Below, in pieces: positions 9,466 to 19,010 of a stretch of 64,000 bases of DNA; the first letter of the stretch is position 1; each line of letters begins with the position of its first letter. The DNA comes from Verrucomicrobiia bacterium (GTDB lineage: Bacteria; Verrucomicrobiota; Verrucomicrobiia; Limisphaerales; UBA1319). A program made the position numbers and the translations under genes. The stretch is from the NCBI GenBank assembly GCA_963664225.1, contig OY760937.1, positions 1,056,001-1,120,000 of the forward strand, given 5' to 3'. The notes below the pieces were generated by a model. That model ran no database searches and was not told the DNA's origin. It saw nothing but the letters and a program-made list of their open reading frames with translations.

Positions 9466-10347
9466 TTACGAACGCCGACCCAGTTTGACGAATTGCTCCG
9501 GGGACACGCCGTAGTGCTTTTTGAACGCGCGTGAAAAATGATAAGGATCGTCGAATCCCAATTCGTTGGCCACTTCCTTGATGAGTTGGTTCGAATCGAT
9601 CAGCCGCTGGGCTGCGGCCCTCATGCGCAGACGCATCATGTGGTGATAGGGACTGGCATGGTTGAATCGCTGGAACAACCGGCACATGTAAGCCGCATTC
9701 ACATGGCACGCGCTGGCGAGATCCTGCGCAGTGTGAAGTTCAAGTCCGTGTTCCTCAAGATGCTTCAAACAGCGTTGGTAGGTGTAGTAGGCCCGTAATT
9801 CTGAAGAGCCGTAGGGCACTTGAATATCCGCGCAACGAATCAGCAGGCACTCCAGTTGCAGCGAGCACAGCCGCGGGGCGTGTTGGGACGCGCTGAGTCC
9901 CGCGGCAATCAGTTCGTTGAAATTCTCGATCAGGGCGCCTGTGGAGGCCGCCTGGCGAATGGTTCCCGGCGCCAGCCCATATTCCTTTAATAAACCTCCA
10001 GCCTTGCGCCCGTTGAAATCCACGAAATATTTGAGCAGACTCTGGCCGTCATCCGGTACGATGGAATGTTCCACCCCGGGGCCGTAAGTGAAGACCGCTC
10101 CCGGTTGAAGGGTGAATTTCTTTCCATCCAACACCAGCGCGCCATGACCGCCCGCCACATATTCGAGGCAAAAATAAGGAAAGTTCGTGCGATGAATCTT
10201 ATAGCGCGGGTCGGATTGTTCGCAACCGCCGCAGACGACCGCGAGATCCGTCGCGTGGCGCGGATTCAGATCGAGAAAAAAACGGCGCGCCTCCGAGACC
10301 TGGGTGGAGAAAAACTCCGGCTGGGCCAATGGTTCTGTTTTTTTCAT
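9466..10347 (-). CDS. AraC family transcriptional regulator
   Basis: N-terminal cupin-like ligand domain and C-terminal double HTH (IKEVANELGFDDPYHFSRAFKKHYGVSP). Divergent from the sugar cluster. Confidence 0.93.
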   Translation of the reverse strand: MKKTEPLAQPEFFSTQVSEARRFFLDLNPRHATDLAVVCGGCEQSDPRYKIHRTNFPYFCLEYVAGGHGALVLDGKKFTLQPGAVFTYGPGVEHSIVPDDGQSLLKYFVDFNGRKAGGLLKEYGLAPGTIRQAASTGALIENFNELIAAGLSASQHAPRLCSLQLECLLIRCADIQVPYGSSELRAYYTYQRCLKHLEEHGLELHTAQDLASACHVNAAYMCRLFQRFNHASPYHHMMRLRMRAAAQRLIDSNQLIKEVANELGFDDPYHFSRAFKKHYGVSPEQFVKLGRRS

Positions 10348-10358
10348 GGATCAGCAAT

Positions 10359-10395
10359 GGTCAAAAATATCCATCATTCGGTCAACAATGACCAT
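10359..10395. promoter_or_regulatory. Candidate AraC-type operator: two direct repeats with 21-bp period
   Basis: GGTCAAAAATATCCAT (10359) and GGTCAACAATGACCAT (10380), 13/16 identical, in the divergent intergenic region. Confidence 0.55.
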
Positions 10396-10530
10396 GGTGG
10401 CTTGCCCGGTCCTTGGGCAATATGCTTCTTATAGATGGTTGACGCGCGTGGGGTATTCAACCCAAAATGTTGAAAATCGTCGGAAGCCGGATTTTTGAAC
10501 CGCACGGCGAAATTTGAAATACAAGCGATT

Positions 10531-10920
10531 ATGTTAAAGAATGGCATACTCAACCCGCAGATCAATGATCTGTTAAGCCGGGTGCGTCACACGAACCTGC
10601 TGGTGATCTCGGACCGGGGCTTTCCCTTCTGGCCGGAAATTGAAACCGTGGATGTTTCTGTCGTTGATGATCTGCCGACCGTCTTGCAGGTGCTCGCCGC
10701 TGTGCGTGGCAACTTCATCATTGGCAAGGCCTGGATGGCCCGGGAATTTCTACGTGAGAACAACGCCGCTACGCAAAAGGCTTTTGACATGGCGCTGGAG
10801 GGAATTCCCCGCGTGTTTGAGTCGCACGTTAAATTGAAGGAGCGCGTGCCTCTGGCCATTGGATTGATACGCACAGGGGACACCGTGCAATACGCAAACA
10901 TGGTTTTGGAATCCGCATAG
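10531..10920 (+). CDS. RbsD/FucU family sugar mutarotase/pyranase
   Basis: MLKNGILNPQI..RVRHTNLLVISDRGFP, SHVKLKE, IRTGDTVQYAN. ATG at 10531. Confidence 0.88.
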   Translation: MLKNGILNPQINDLLSRVRHTNLLVISDRGFPFWPEIETVDVSVVDDLPTVLQVLAAVRGNFIIGKAWMAREFLRENNAATQKAFDMALEGIPRVFESHVKLKERVPLAIGLIRTGDTVQYANMVLESA

Positions 10921-11041
10921 TTTGTAGTTTGGATTGGCGCGCGGCCGCCGTTGCGGTTGGGTGCCAGATTTTATTAATTGAATAATATCCATCTTTCACC
11001 AAAGGGTTGAAAGGTTTGGAAAAAAAGAAAAGAATCAGAAT

Positions 11042-12028
11042 ATGAAAGAACAGTTGACAGTGGTGGCTGGAGCCGGTGGCTTTATTGGAGGATCCCTGGT
11101 GGCCGATTTGCGCCGTAAAGGTTATCCCCGTATCCGTGCGGTGGACGTCAAGCCCCTCACCGAGTGGTATCAGAGGTTCGATGATGTGGAGAACATCGTT
11201 CTGGACCTCAATCTGCGCGAGAATTGCAATGAAGCCTGCCGTGGCGCTTATCAGGTGTTCAATCTGGCGGCGAACATGGGCGGCATGGGATTCATCGAGC
11301 GCAACAAGGCCTTGTGCATGTTGTCCGTGCTGATTAATACACACATGCTGCAGGCAGCCATTAAGTATGATGTTAAACGGTTTTTCTATGCCTCAAGCGC
11401 CTGTGTCTATAATGGTGACAAACAAAAGGTGGTGGATGCGCCCGCACTAAAGGAGGAGGACGCCTATCCCGCGCTGGCGGAGGACGGTTACGGTTGGGAA
11501 AAATTATTTTCCGAGCGCATGTGCCGCCATTTCCGCGAGGACTTCGGCCTCTACACCCGCGTTGCCCGTTTTCACAATGTCTATGGGCCTAATGGCACCT
11601 GGGATGGCGGACGTGAAAAAGCGCCTGCGGCCATCTGCCGGAAGGTGCTTGAGAGCAAGATGTCGGGCAATCATGACATCACCATTTGGGGCAAGGGCGA
11701 TCAAACTCGCTCTTTTATGTATATCGATGACTGCGTCAAGGGCATTCAGATGATCATGGACAGCAATATCCTCGAACCGATCAACCTTGGCAGCAGCGAA
11801 ATGGTGTCGATCAACCAATTGGTGGATCTGGTCGAGAGCATCGCGGGCATCAAGCTCAAGCGGCATTATGATCTGAGCGCGCCCAAGGGCGTCAATGGCC
11901 GCAACAGCGACAACACGATGATCCAGCAACTGTTGCATTGGGAGCCGAACATCAAGTTGCGCGACGGTTTGGAAAAGACCTACGCATGGATTCATGACGA
12001 AATGATCAACAAACGCCAAAGCAAGTAA
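11042..12028 (+). CDS. GDP-mannose 3,5-epimerase-like extended SDR
   Basis: GAGGFIG, FNLAANMGGMGFI, FFYASSACVY (catalytic Cys), YGWEK (YxxxK), RFHNVYGP, GGREKAPAAICRK (catalytic Lys). These match the plant GME signature as recalled. Confidence 0.85.
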   Translation: MKEQLTVVAGAGGFIGGSLVADLRRKGYPRIRAVDVKPLTEWYQRFDDVENIVLDLNLRENCNEACRGAYQVFNLAANMGGMGFIERNKALCMLSVLINTHMLQAAIKYDVKRFFYASSACVYNGDKQKVVDAPALKEEDAYPALAEDGYGWEKLFSERMCRHFREDFGLYTRVARFHNVYGPNGTWDGGREKAPAAICRKVLESKMSGNHDITIWGKGDQTRSFMYIDDCVKGIQMIMDSNILEPINLGSSEMVSINQLVDLVESIAGIKLKRHYDLSAPKGVNGRNSDNTMIQQLLHWEPNIKLRDGLEKTYAWIHDEMINKRQSK

Positions 12029-12050
12029 CAGGCTTCAACATTAATGATTG

Positions 12051-12082
12051 GAAACGCGGATGACGGCATCCGCGTTTCTTTT
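12051..12082 (+). terminator. Intrinsic terminator-like hairpin
   Basis: GAAACGCGGATG-ACGG-CATCCGCGTTTC (12-bp stem) followed by TTTT, 22 bp after the epimerase stop. Confidence 0.65.
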
Positions 12083-12146
12083 GGCTTGGATCGGCTCCGG
12101 CCATTCACTGTATCCGGTGCTCATCAACCTCCAATATTGACCCGAC

Positions 12147-15100
12147 ATGTTTCAACCGTGGGATTATTTGATTGTAACCGCTTCGAACGACAGCCAGGCG
12201 GCTGCGTACCGACGGCAGCTCGATTTGCGGCGTGAACTGGGGTTGCTCCCGGACATTGGGCAGGTTCTGGTGGTGGCGGATCTGGAGGGCAAGCGCATCG
12301 GAAGCGGTGGCAGCACGCTGCTCTGCCTGATGGAGGTTCTCTCTCGCGAAATCGATCGTGGCGGATTGGACGCGCGCGATTGGGAGACATTGCAGGCTGT
12401 GCTGGCGCAACGGCGGGTCTTGATCATTCACGCCGGGGGAGATAGTCGCCGGCTGCCTGCCTATGGGCCATGCGGCAAAATCTTTGTGCCCGTGCCGGGT
12501 GAGAGCGACAGCGCGTTGGGTTCCACATTGTTCGACCGGCAGTTGCCAATCTTCATGGGGTTGCCTGCATCGCTGCGAGGGCAGGGACAGGTGGTGGTGA
12601 CTTCTGGCGATGCCTTGATCCTGTTTGAAAGCGGTGAAATGCCGCCGGTTGCGCAGGGGATTACCGCGCTCGGTTGCCTGGCTTCCCCTGAGGCGGCTAG
12701 TAAACACGGCGTGTTTTGCGCCAATGAACAGGGCCAGGTTCGGGTTTATCTTCAGAAACCGAAAGTCGCGGAGCAAATCAGCAAGGGCGCGGTGAACCGT
12801 TTCGGCCAGAGTGTTCTGGACATTGGCGTGATGAGTTTTGACGCCGCATCTGCGGTGGCGCTGTTGAAGGCGTTTGAGGTGGAGCCACTGGCTGCGGCTG
12901 AAGCGGGAAAAAAAGACTCCATGCGTTTCGGTTGGTCCGCCCCGATGCGCGAACTCATTCTCAACTCCGGTTTGGATTGGTATCGGGAAATTTGCTGTGC
13001 GCTGGGATCTGAAGTGACCGTCGATCACCATCTGGCCAGTGTGCGCGACAGCGGTTCCAAGTGGCCGAAAGAAAAGCTGGCGGCTCTATTTAAACCTCTG
13101 GCCAGGCTGCCATTTCATTTGCGTCAAATTCCGCAGTGCCAATTCCTTCATTTTGGGACCACACGCCAGTTGATCAGCAGCGGACAGGACTTGACGCAAT
13201 TCGATCGCGGCGTCAGTCGGCCGGGCGATAATCTCCTCATCAATCACCATTGCGTGAATGGGGGCGTCATTACTGGCGGAAATTCATGGCTCGAGGCGTG
13301 TCGCGTCGCTGCGCCCTTGACTCTCGGTGGCGGCAATGTGCTGGTGGGTGTGGATGTCGATCAACCCTTGAGTCTTCCTGCCGGCGCCTGCGTGGATGTC
13401 ATTGCCGGGAAAAATAATCGTGGTGACGCCGTTCATTTCTGTCGTCTCTACCATTCGGCGGACACGTTCAAGGACACGACGGCCAAAGGTGGAACAATCG
13501 CCGGACGACCTCTCCTGGAGTGGCTGGCCATGGCGGGATTAACTCCCGCACAAGTCTGGGATGCCAGCATTCCCGAGAACCAGCGCAGCCTTTGGGATGC
13601 ACGGGTATTCCCGGCGCAATCTGGCAAGTCCGATTATCACCAATGGCTCTGGATGTTGGATCCAGCTCAGGCAACGCCAAATCAAAAACAGGCGCTTGCC
13701 GCCGCCGATCGCTACAGCGTGGCCGAAATGGCGCTTCTGGCGGATCAGGAGGCCTTTTATCAGCGTCGCTCACAGCATCGTGCTGAGGAAATTCGTCATG
13801 CGCTCAAGAGGCTTTTCCGGCGCGACAGCGGCTTTTCCGCACGGGAACTGGCCTTTGTGCTCGAGCATTCCGAAGACAGGGCGGCATGGCTGGCGGATTT
13901 ACTAGGCGACGCCCATTTTCAGATGAATGGGGGCGCCGGGGCGGGAATGGGAGTGTTCATTTGCTGCCGGATTCTCCATTCGATGGCCAGCGCCATCATG
14001 GTGATGGCGGAAACCCGCAGTGGCGAGCCGCGAGTTGTGGATGTCGTGCCCGGATTAACCGGCGCGATCACCCCGGCATTGGCAGAGTGGCTGGCTTCAC
14101 TGGGTTTGAAAATATCGGACACGATTCTGGCTTCAGAATGGACTAAAAAGGTGACCGATTGCGCTTTCGAACAAATCAGCCGCACCATTCTGATCAGTTC
14201 GCTGAGTCGGGTGGAGCATCCTCGCAATGCCTTGCGCGGCGGTGAGACCGTGTGGGGACGGGCCCCGGCAAGGCTCGAGTTGGGCGGCGGATGGACCGAT
14301 ACGCCTCCATACACTCTCGAATATGGCGGCAGCGTGATCAACACAGCCGTCAATCTCAACGGCCAGCCGCCGATCCATTGTTATGGACGGGTGATTCAGG
14401 AACCGGTCATTCGGCTTTTTTCCATCGAAGCCGGTCTGCACGTTCAGATCGATCAGTTGAAGGATTTGCTCGATTATCGCAATCCGCGCGACATTTTTGG
14501 CCTGGTCAAAGCCGCTCTGGCGATTTCCGGATTCTCCCCTGAAATGGCGGACTGGCCCGCCAACGTGACGTTACGCCAGATGTTGGAGGAGTTTGGGGGT
14601 GGCATTGAATTAACCACGTTGACCGGGATTCCCACCGGGTCGGGACTTGGCACTTCGAGCATTGTGGGAACGGTGCTGGTGGGTGTCATCAACCGGATGC
14701 TGGGTCGCCCGTTGAGTCAGCGCGAATTATTCCACAACGTGCTGCGCCTGGAACAGGCCCTGACGACCGGGGGCGGTTGGCAGGACCAGATCGGGGGCGG
14801 TGTCGGGGGAAGTAAATTAACAACGACGCTGGCCGGCTTATTCCCGGATCCCAATATTCATTACGTTCCGGACGATGTGATCGATCCACGGCTTAACGGC
14901 GGCTCCACGCTTCTTTATTATACCGGCATTACGCGTCTGGCGAAAAACATCCTGCGCCAGATTGTGGGCGATTATCTGGATCGCAACCGGGCAACGATGT
15001 CCTGCCTGGCGCAGGAGCATCAGGTGTCGCGCAATTTGATGGAGGCCATGTCGCGCAAGGACTCCGAAGCCTTTGGACGATATGTGGATGAGGCCTGGAG

Positions 15101-15350
15101 GTTGCAGAAGCAGTTGTGCAGTGAGGTTACCAATCCATCCATCGAACATTTGCTGGCGATGATTCGGCCCCATATTCACGGGGCGCGCATTCTTGGGGCG
15201 GGATCGGGCGGGTTCATGCTCATGATTTGCAAAACCCCGAAGGACGCTGCCGCAATTCGCGAAAAGCTCCTGCGCGAGCCTCTCAATGAACGCTCGCGTT
15301 TTTTTGACTTTGCAGTCAATGATAAGGGCTTGGAAGTGACAACTTGTTAA
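12147..15350 (+). CDS. fkp: Bifunctional L-fucokinase / sugar-1-phosphate guanylyltransferase (Fkp/FKGP-like)
   Basis: N-terminal RIGSGGSTL, IIHAGGDSRRLP, HGVF, FLHFGT; C-terminal GHMP kinase PARLELGGGWTDTPPY, PTGSGLGTSS, TTGGGWQDQIGG, GAGSGGF. Confidence 0.88.
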   Translation: MFQPWDYLIVTASNDSQAAAYRRQLDLRRELGLLPDIGQVLVVADLEGKRIGSGGSTLLCLMEVLSREIDRGGLDARDWETLQAVLAQRRVLIIHAGGDSRRLPAYGPCGKIFVPVPGESDSALGSTLFDRQLPIFMGLPASLRGQGQVVVTSGDALILFESGEMPPVAQGITALGCLASPEAASKHGVFCANEQGQVRVYLQKPKVAEQISKGAVNRFGQSVLDIGVMSFDAASAVALLKAFEVEPLAAAEAGKKDSMRFGWSAPMRELILNSGLDWYREICCALGSEVTVDHHLASVRDSGSKWPKEKLAALFKPLARLPFHLRQIPQCQFLHFGTTRQLISSGQDLTQFDRGVSRPGDNLLINHHCVNGGVITGGNSWLEACRVAAPLTLGGGNVLVGVDVDQPLSLPAGACVDVIAGKNNRGDAVHFCRLYHSADTFKDTTAKGGTIAGRPLLEWLAMAGLTPAQVWDASIPENQRSLWDARVFPAQSGKSDYHQWLWMLDPAQATPNQKQALAAADRYSVAEMALLADQEAFYQRRSQHRAEEIRHALKRLFRRDSGFSARELAFVLEHSEDRAAWLADLLGDAHFQMNGGAGAGMGVFICCRILHSMASAIMVMAETRSGEPRVVDVVPGLTGAITPALAEWLASLGLKISDTILASEWTKKVTDCAFEQISRTILISSLSRVEHPRNALRGGETVWGRAPARLELGGGWTDTPPYTLEYGGSVINTAVNLNGQPPIHCYGRVIQEPVIRLFSIEAGLHVQIDQLKDLLDYRNPRDIFGLVKAALAISGFSPEMADWPANVTLRQMLEEFGGGIELTTLTGIPTGSGLGTSSIVGTVLVGVINRMLGRPLSQRELFHNVLRLEQALTTGGGWQDQIGGGVGGSKLTTTLAGLFPDPNIHYVPDDVIDPRLNGGSTLLYYTGITRLAKNILRQIVGDYLDRNRATMSCLAQEHQVSRNLMEAMSRKDSEAFGRYVDEAWRLQKQLCSEVTNPSIEHLLAMIRPHIHGARILGAGSGGFMLMICKTPKDAAAIREKLLREPLNERSRFFDFAVNDKGLEVTTC

Positions 15351-15353
15351 ACC

Positions 15354-16454
15354 ATGCGCCATGCACTGATAATTGCCGGTGGGTCGGGAACGCGCCTTTG
15401 GCCGATGAGTCGGGCGGGGCTCCCCAAACAACTGATTCCGTTCATTGGCGGGAAAAGCCTGCTCCAGATTTCGTTCGATCGCCTGGAGGGATTGACCTCG
15501 GCGGAGAATCGGCATGTTTGCGCCAATCAGGGACAGGAGGCGCTCATTCGTGCTGCGCTTCCCGCATTGGGCAGGGAGCAATTCCTGGGAGAACCAGTGG
15601 GGCGCGACACGCTCAACGCCGTGGGTTTTGCGGTGGCTGTGATCGCGCGCAAGGATCCTGAGGCAGTCATCGCAGTCGTCACAGCCGACCATTTGATCGA
15701 GCCAGTCGCCGAGTTTCAGGCGATTGTGAAAGCCGGTTTTGAGTTGGTCGAAAAACAGCCTCAAATTCTGGTCACCTTTGGCATTGAACCCACAGGACCC
15801 GCCACAGGCTACGGTTATCTGCAATTGGACGCTCCCATTGGCGATGGCACCAATGCGCGCCGTGTGAGCCAGTTTCGGGAGAAACCTGACGAGGCGACCG
15901 CGCTGGAATATTTCAAAGCCGGCCCGGACCAGTATTTGTGGAATAGCGGCATGTTCGTCTGGAAGGCGACGACGCTTCTGGATTGCATCCGTGGTTACGA
16001 ACCACAGGTTTTTGAAGGCTTGAATAAAATAGCGGAAGCTTGGGACACACCTCAGCGTATCTCAACTTTGGCTGCGGTTTATCCGAGGTTGCGCAAGATC
16101 AGTGTGGATTTTGCAGTAATGGAACCGGCGTCAAGGGATCCCAAGGTTGCGGTGGCGGCGATTTCCATGCCACTGCAATGGTTGGATGTGGGATCGTGGC
16201 CCAGTTTTGCGCAGACCTGTCCGCATGATGCGCAGGGCAACGCCATCGCCGCCCAAAAGCAACTACTTCAAAATACTTCGGGCAGCTTGATTGCATCGAG
16301 TGATCCCAATCATTTGATCGCCGTGATGGGCTGCCAGGATCTGATTGTGATTCATACGCCCAATGCCACCCTGATTTGCCATGCAAGCCAGGCCGAGCGC
16401 ATCAAGGAAATGCAGGCCAGGGCTGGCGCGCAGTTCGGAAGTCAGTATGTGTGA
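15354..16454 (+). CDS. manC: Mannose-1-phosphate guanylyltransferase (no PMI domain)
   Basis: IIAGGSGTRLWPMSR..PKQ, EPVGRDT, ADHLI, TGYGY, FREKPD, WNSGMF, ISVDFAVME, WLDVGSW. Confidence 0.92.
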   Translation: MRHALIIAGGSGTRLWPMSRAGLPKQLIPFIGGKSLLQISFDRLEGLTSAENRHVCANQGQEALIRAALPALGREQFLGEPVGRDTLNAVGFAVAVIARKDPEAVIAVVTADHLIEPVAEFQAIVKAGFELVEKQPQILVTFGIEPTGPATGYGYLQLDAPIGDGTNARRVSQFREKPDEATALEYFKAGPDQYLWNSGMFVWKATTLLDCIRGYEPQVFEGLNKIAEAWDTPQRISTLAAVYPRLRKISVDFAVMEPASRDPKVAVAAISMPLQWLDVGSWPSFAQTCPHDAQGNAIAAQKQLLQNTSGSLIASSDPNHLIAVMGCQDLIVIHTPNATLICHASQAERIKEMQARAGAQFGSQYV

Positions 16455-16551
16455 GTACCGGTTTGCAGGCTTTTGGGATTAAGTTGCGGAATTGGAGGCG
16501 AATTTGCTTCGCTTGGCGGAGTGAATCCCTTACAAAATCGCCCTAAGTATT

Positions 16552-18342
16552 ATGACGACCGCGACCAGATCATCAGAATTCAAGCCGCTGAAATTCGGAA
16601 CCAGTGGACTCAGGGACTTGGACGAGAACCTGACCGATTTGGAGGTGTTCACCAACACACGCGGCTTTTTAAAATACCTATTGGAACTGGGGGCAAACCA
16701 TTTGCCAGGGGGCATTCAGCCCGGCAGCAAAGTGGCGCTGGCAGGAGATTATCGTCCGAGTTCCCGCCCTGATAAAATTCCCAGAGCGGTTGCCGCCGCC
16801 ATTTTGGATGCCGGCTGTGTGGTGGCCTATTGCGGCCCGGTGCCCACTCCCGCCGTGATGAATCTGGGAATGGTGCGCGGCATTGCCAGTATCATGGTGA
16901 CCGGCAGTCATATTCCATTTGGCCAGAACGGCATTAAATTCAACCGCCCGGATGGGGAGATTCTGAAATCGGAAGAGGCATCCATACTCGCGCATGTGGC
17001 GGAGGTGCGCGTCCGGGTGGCCGAGCAGCAAACACGAGAACCGCTGTTTGATTCCAAGGGAGCTTTCATGCCGGTCAAATCACTAGGCGTGACGCACATG
17101 ACCTTATTGTCTCACGCGTCGGAATCCTTGCGCAAACCCGATGCCCGGGCGGCTTCGGAGTTCGTAAACCGGTATCTACAGGAGTTCGGCTCCGAAGCAC
17201 TGCGGGGGCTGGAATTGGTGTTTTTCAAACAATCCGCCGTGGGGCGCGATATTTTACCCGCCATTTTTCGTGGCTTGGGCGCAGTCGTATCCGAGGTTGG
17301 TGCGCTGAACGTCGAGGCGGGCGAATTCCTGCCCGTAGACACGGAAAAAATGGAGGAATCGGTCCGCGCCGATTTGCGAACTTTGGCTCGCGAACATGCC
17401 GAGCGCACCGGTCGAAAGCCATTTGCAGTGTTGAGTGCGGATGGCGATTCGGATCGCCCCGTGTTCTGCGATGAAAATGGCGAATTCGTTCCCGGCGACC
17501 AATTGGGTGTGCTGGCCTCCTTGTATCTCAAGCCTTCCTTCGTGGCGCTGCCCATTACCTGCAACAGCGCCGCCGTGGAAGCCCTGCAAAGTTTTGCGAC
17601 CGTGGTCCAAACCAAAGTTGGATCTCCCTACATCAATAAGGCCATGCAGGACCAACTGGCGCTTGATCCCCAGGCGCGGGTTGCGGGTTACGAGGCCAAT
17701 GGCGGTTATCTTTTGGGATCGGATTGGCTGTTCGAGGGGAAAACTCTCAAGGCCCTGCCCACGCGCGATAGCGTGCTGCCCATGATCTGTGCATTGCTGC
17801 TGGCGCGTCGTGGAACTGTGACCACGGCCTCCAACAAGACCTTGCGGATCGATAAAGTTTCCGATTTGGCTGGTTTGATCGATCGGCATACCGCGGCAGG
17901 CGTGGTTGATCGCCACGACGGAGTGCCTTACGCATCGGCTGAAACTGGCAAACGCATTGTTGCGGCGCTATGTCCGCAGTCCGGCGCGGTGATGGAAGTT
18001 GATTTCCAGCGGGAAACGGTTCTGCAGATTCCGACTAATACCGGTGGCAAAGTGAAATCAGCCGGGCAGGTTCTCAATCCAATGCTGTTCGAAGAATTGG
18101 AATCCATTCGGAAAAAGCTCTCCCATTACTTCCTGCCGGGGATGGGGTATTCGACCATTTCGAAGATCAATTATCTCGATGGCGTCCGAATTTATTTTGC
18201 CGACGGCGACATTGTTCAACTGCGGCCGTCGGGTAACGCGCCAGAGTTCCGGTTTTATACGGAGGCCGCCAGCGCAAGCCGGGCGCAGGAGATGTGTGGC
18301 CAACGCGTTGATATTGTTCGCCGGATGATCGAGAGTTTGTAA
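16552..18342 (+). CDS. manB: Phosphomannomutase
   Basis: FGTSGLR, MVTGSHIP (phosphoserine), DGDSDR (metal loop), GYEANGG, LRPSGNAPEFR. Confidence 0.9.
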   Translation: MTTATRSSEFKPLKFGTSGLRDLDENLTDLEVFTNTRGFLKYLLELGANHLPGGIQPGSKVALAGDYRPSSRPDKIPRAVAAAILDAGCVVAYCGPVPTPAVMNLGMVRGIASIMVTGSHIPFGQNGIKFNRPDGEILKSEEASILAHVAEVRVRVAEQQTREPLFDSKGAFMPVKSLGVTHMTLLSHASESLRKPDARAASEFVNRYLQEFGSEALRGLELVFFKQSAVGRDILPAIFRGLGAVVSEVGALNVEAGEFLPVDTEKMEESVRADLRTLAREHAERTGRKPFAVLSADGDSDRPVFCDENGEFVPGDQLGVLASLYLKPSFVALPITCNSAAVEALQSFATVVQTKVGSPYINKAMQDQLALDPQARVAGYEANGGYLLGSDWLFEGKTLKALPTRDSVLPMICALLLARRGTVTTASNKTLRIDKVSDLAGLIDRHTAAGVVDRHDGVPYASAETGKRIVAALCPQSGAVMEVDFQRETVLQIPTNTGGKVKSAGQVLNPMLFEELESIRKKLSHYFLPGMGYSTISKINYLDGVRIYFADGDIVQLRPSGNAPEFRFYTEAASASRAQEMCGQRVDIVRRMIESL

Positions 18343-18388
18343 GGTTTTCAGCGTTTGAATTGATTTTGCACCGCTCAAGCTCACTTTA

Positions 18389-18937
18389 ATGAAACCGTGG
18401 AAGACACTTGGACGGCAGGAGATTTGCCATCCGAATCCATTTTTAAAGGTCGAACTGCATAGTGTCGAACTGCCTGGTGGGCGGCGGATTGAGGATTGGC
18501 CGTGGGTGATTACGCCGGAATTCGCGGTGATGTTGGTTAGGGACACAGAGGGCTGGTTTTTGTGTTTTCGGCAAACAAAATATGCGGTGGAAGGGACGAC
18601 GCTTGCACCGGTGGGCGGTTTTCTGGAGCCGGGTGAGGATCCCCTGGCTGGCGCGCAGAGGGAACTCATGGAGGAAACGGGCTATACGGCCGGGAAATGG
18701 AAATCGCTTGGGAAGTACCCTGTGGACGCGAACAGGGGCTGCGGTGTGGCGCATTTGTTTGTGGCCTGGGATGCAGAGAAGTCCGGGGAAAGTGGCGAGG
18801 GGGATTTGGAGGAACAGGAGCTGGTGCTTTTGACGCATGAGCAAATGTCCGATGCTCTGGTGGACGGCCAATTCAAGGCGCTGCCCTGGATCGCTGTCGT
18901 GGCGCTGGGCCTGCGGTATCTGGAAACGCATTCCTGA
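18389..18937 (+). CDS. Nudix hydrolase (NDP-sugar pyrophosphatase-like)
   Basis: Nudix box GFLEPGEDPLAGAQRELMEETGY; ADP-ribose/GDP-mannose pyrophosphatase-like N-terminus. Confidence 0.88.
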   Translation: MKPWKTLGRQEICHPNPFLKVELHSVELPGGRRIEDWPWVITPEFAVMLVRDTEGWFLCFRQTKYAVEGTTLAPVGGFLEPGEDPLAGAQRELMEETGYTAGKWKSLGKYPVDANRGCGVAHLFVAWDAEKSGESGEGDLEEQELVLLTHEQMSDALVDGQFKALPWIAVVALGLRYLETHS

Positions 18938-19010
18938 TTGGAGCAGGGGTCAAATATCGCCCGGCATGTGTTGACGCTTTCCGTGGGTGGATTAAGAATG
19001 GGCCATTCCT

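Noticed and set aside
11042..18342. Ascorbate (Smirnoff-Wheeler) pathway or canonical GDP-fucose biosynthesis
   Set aside because: No GDP-L-galactose phosphorylase, L-galactose dehydrogenase or lactone dehydrogenase is recognisable, and there is no gmd/fcl in the window.
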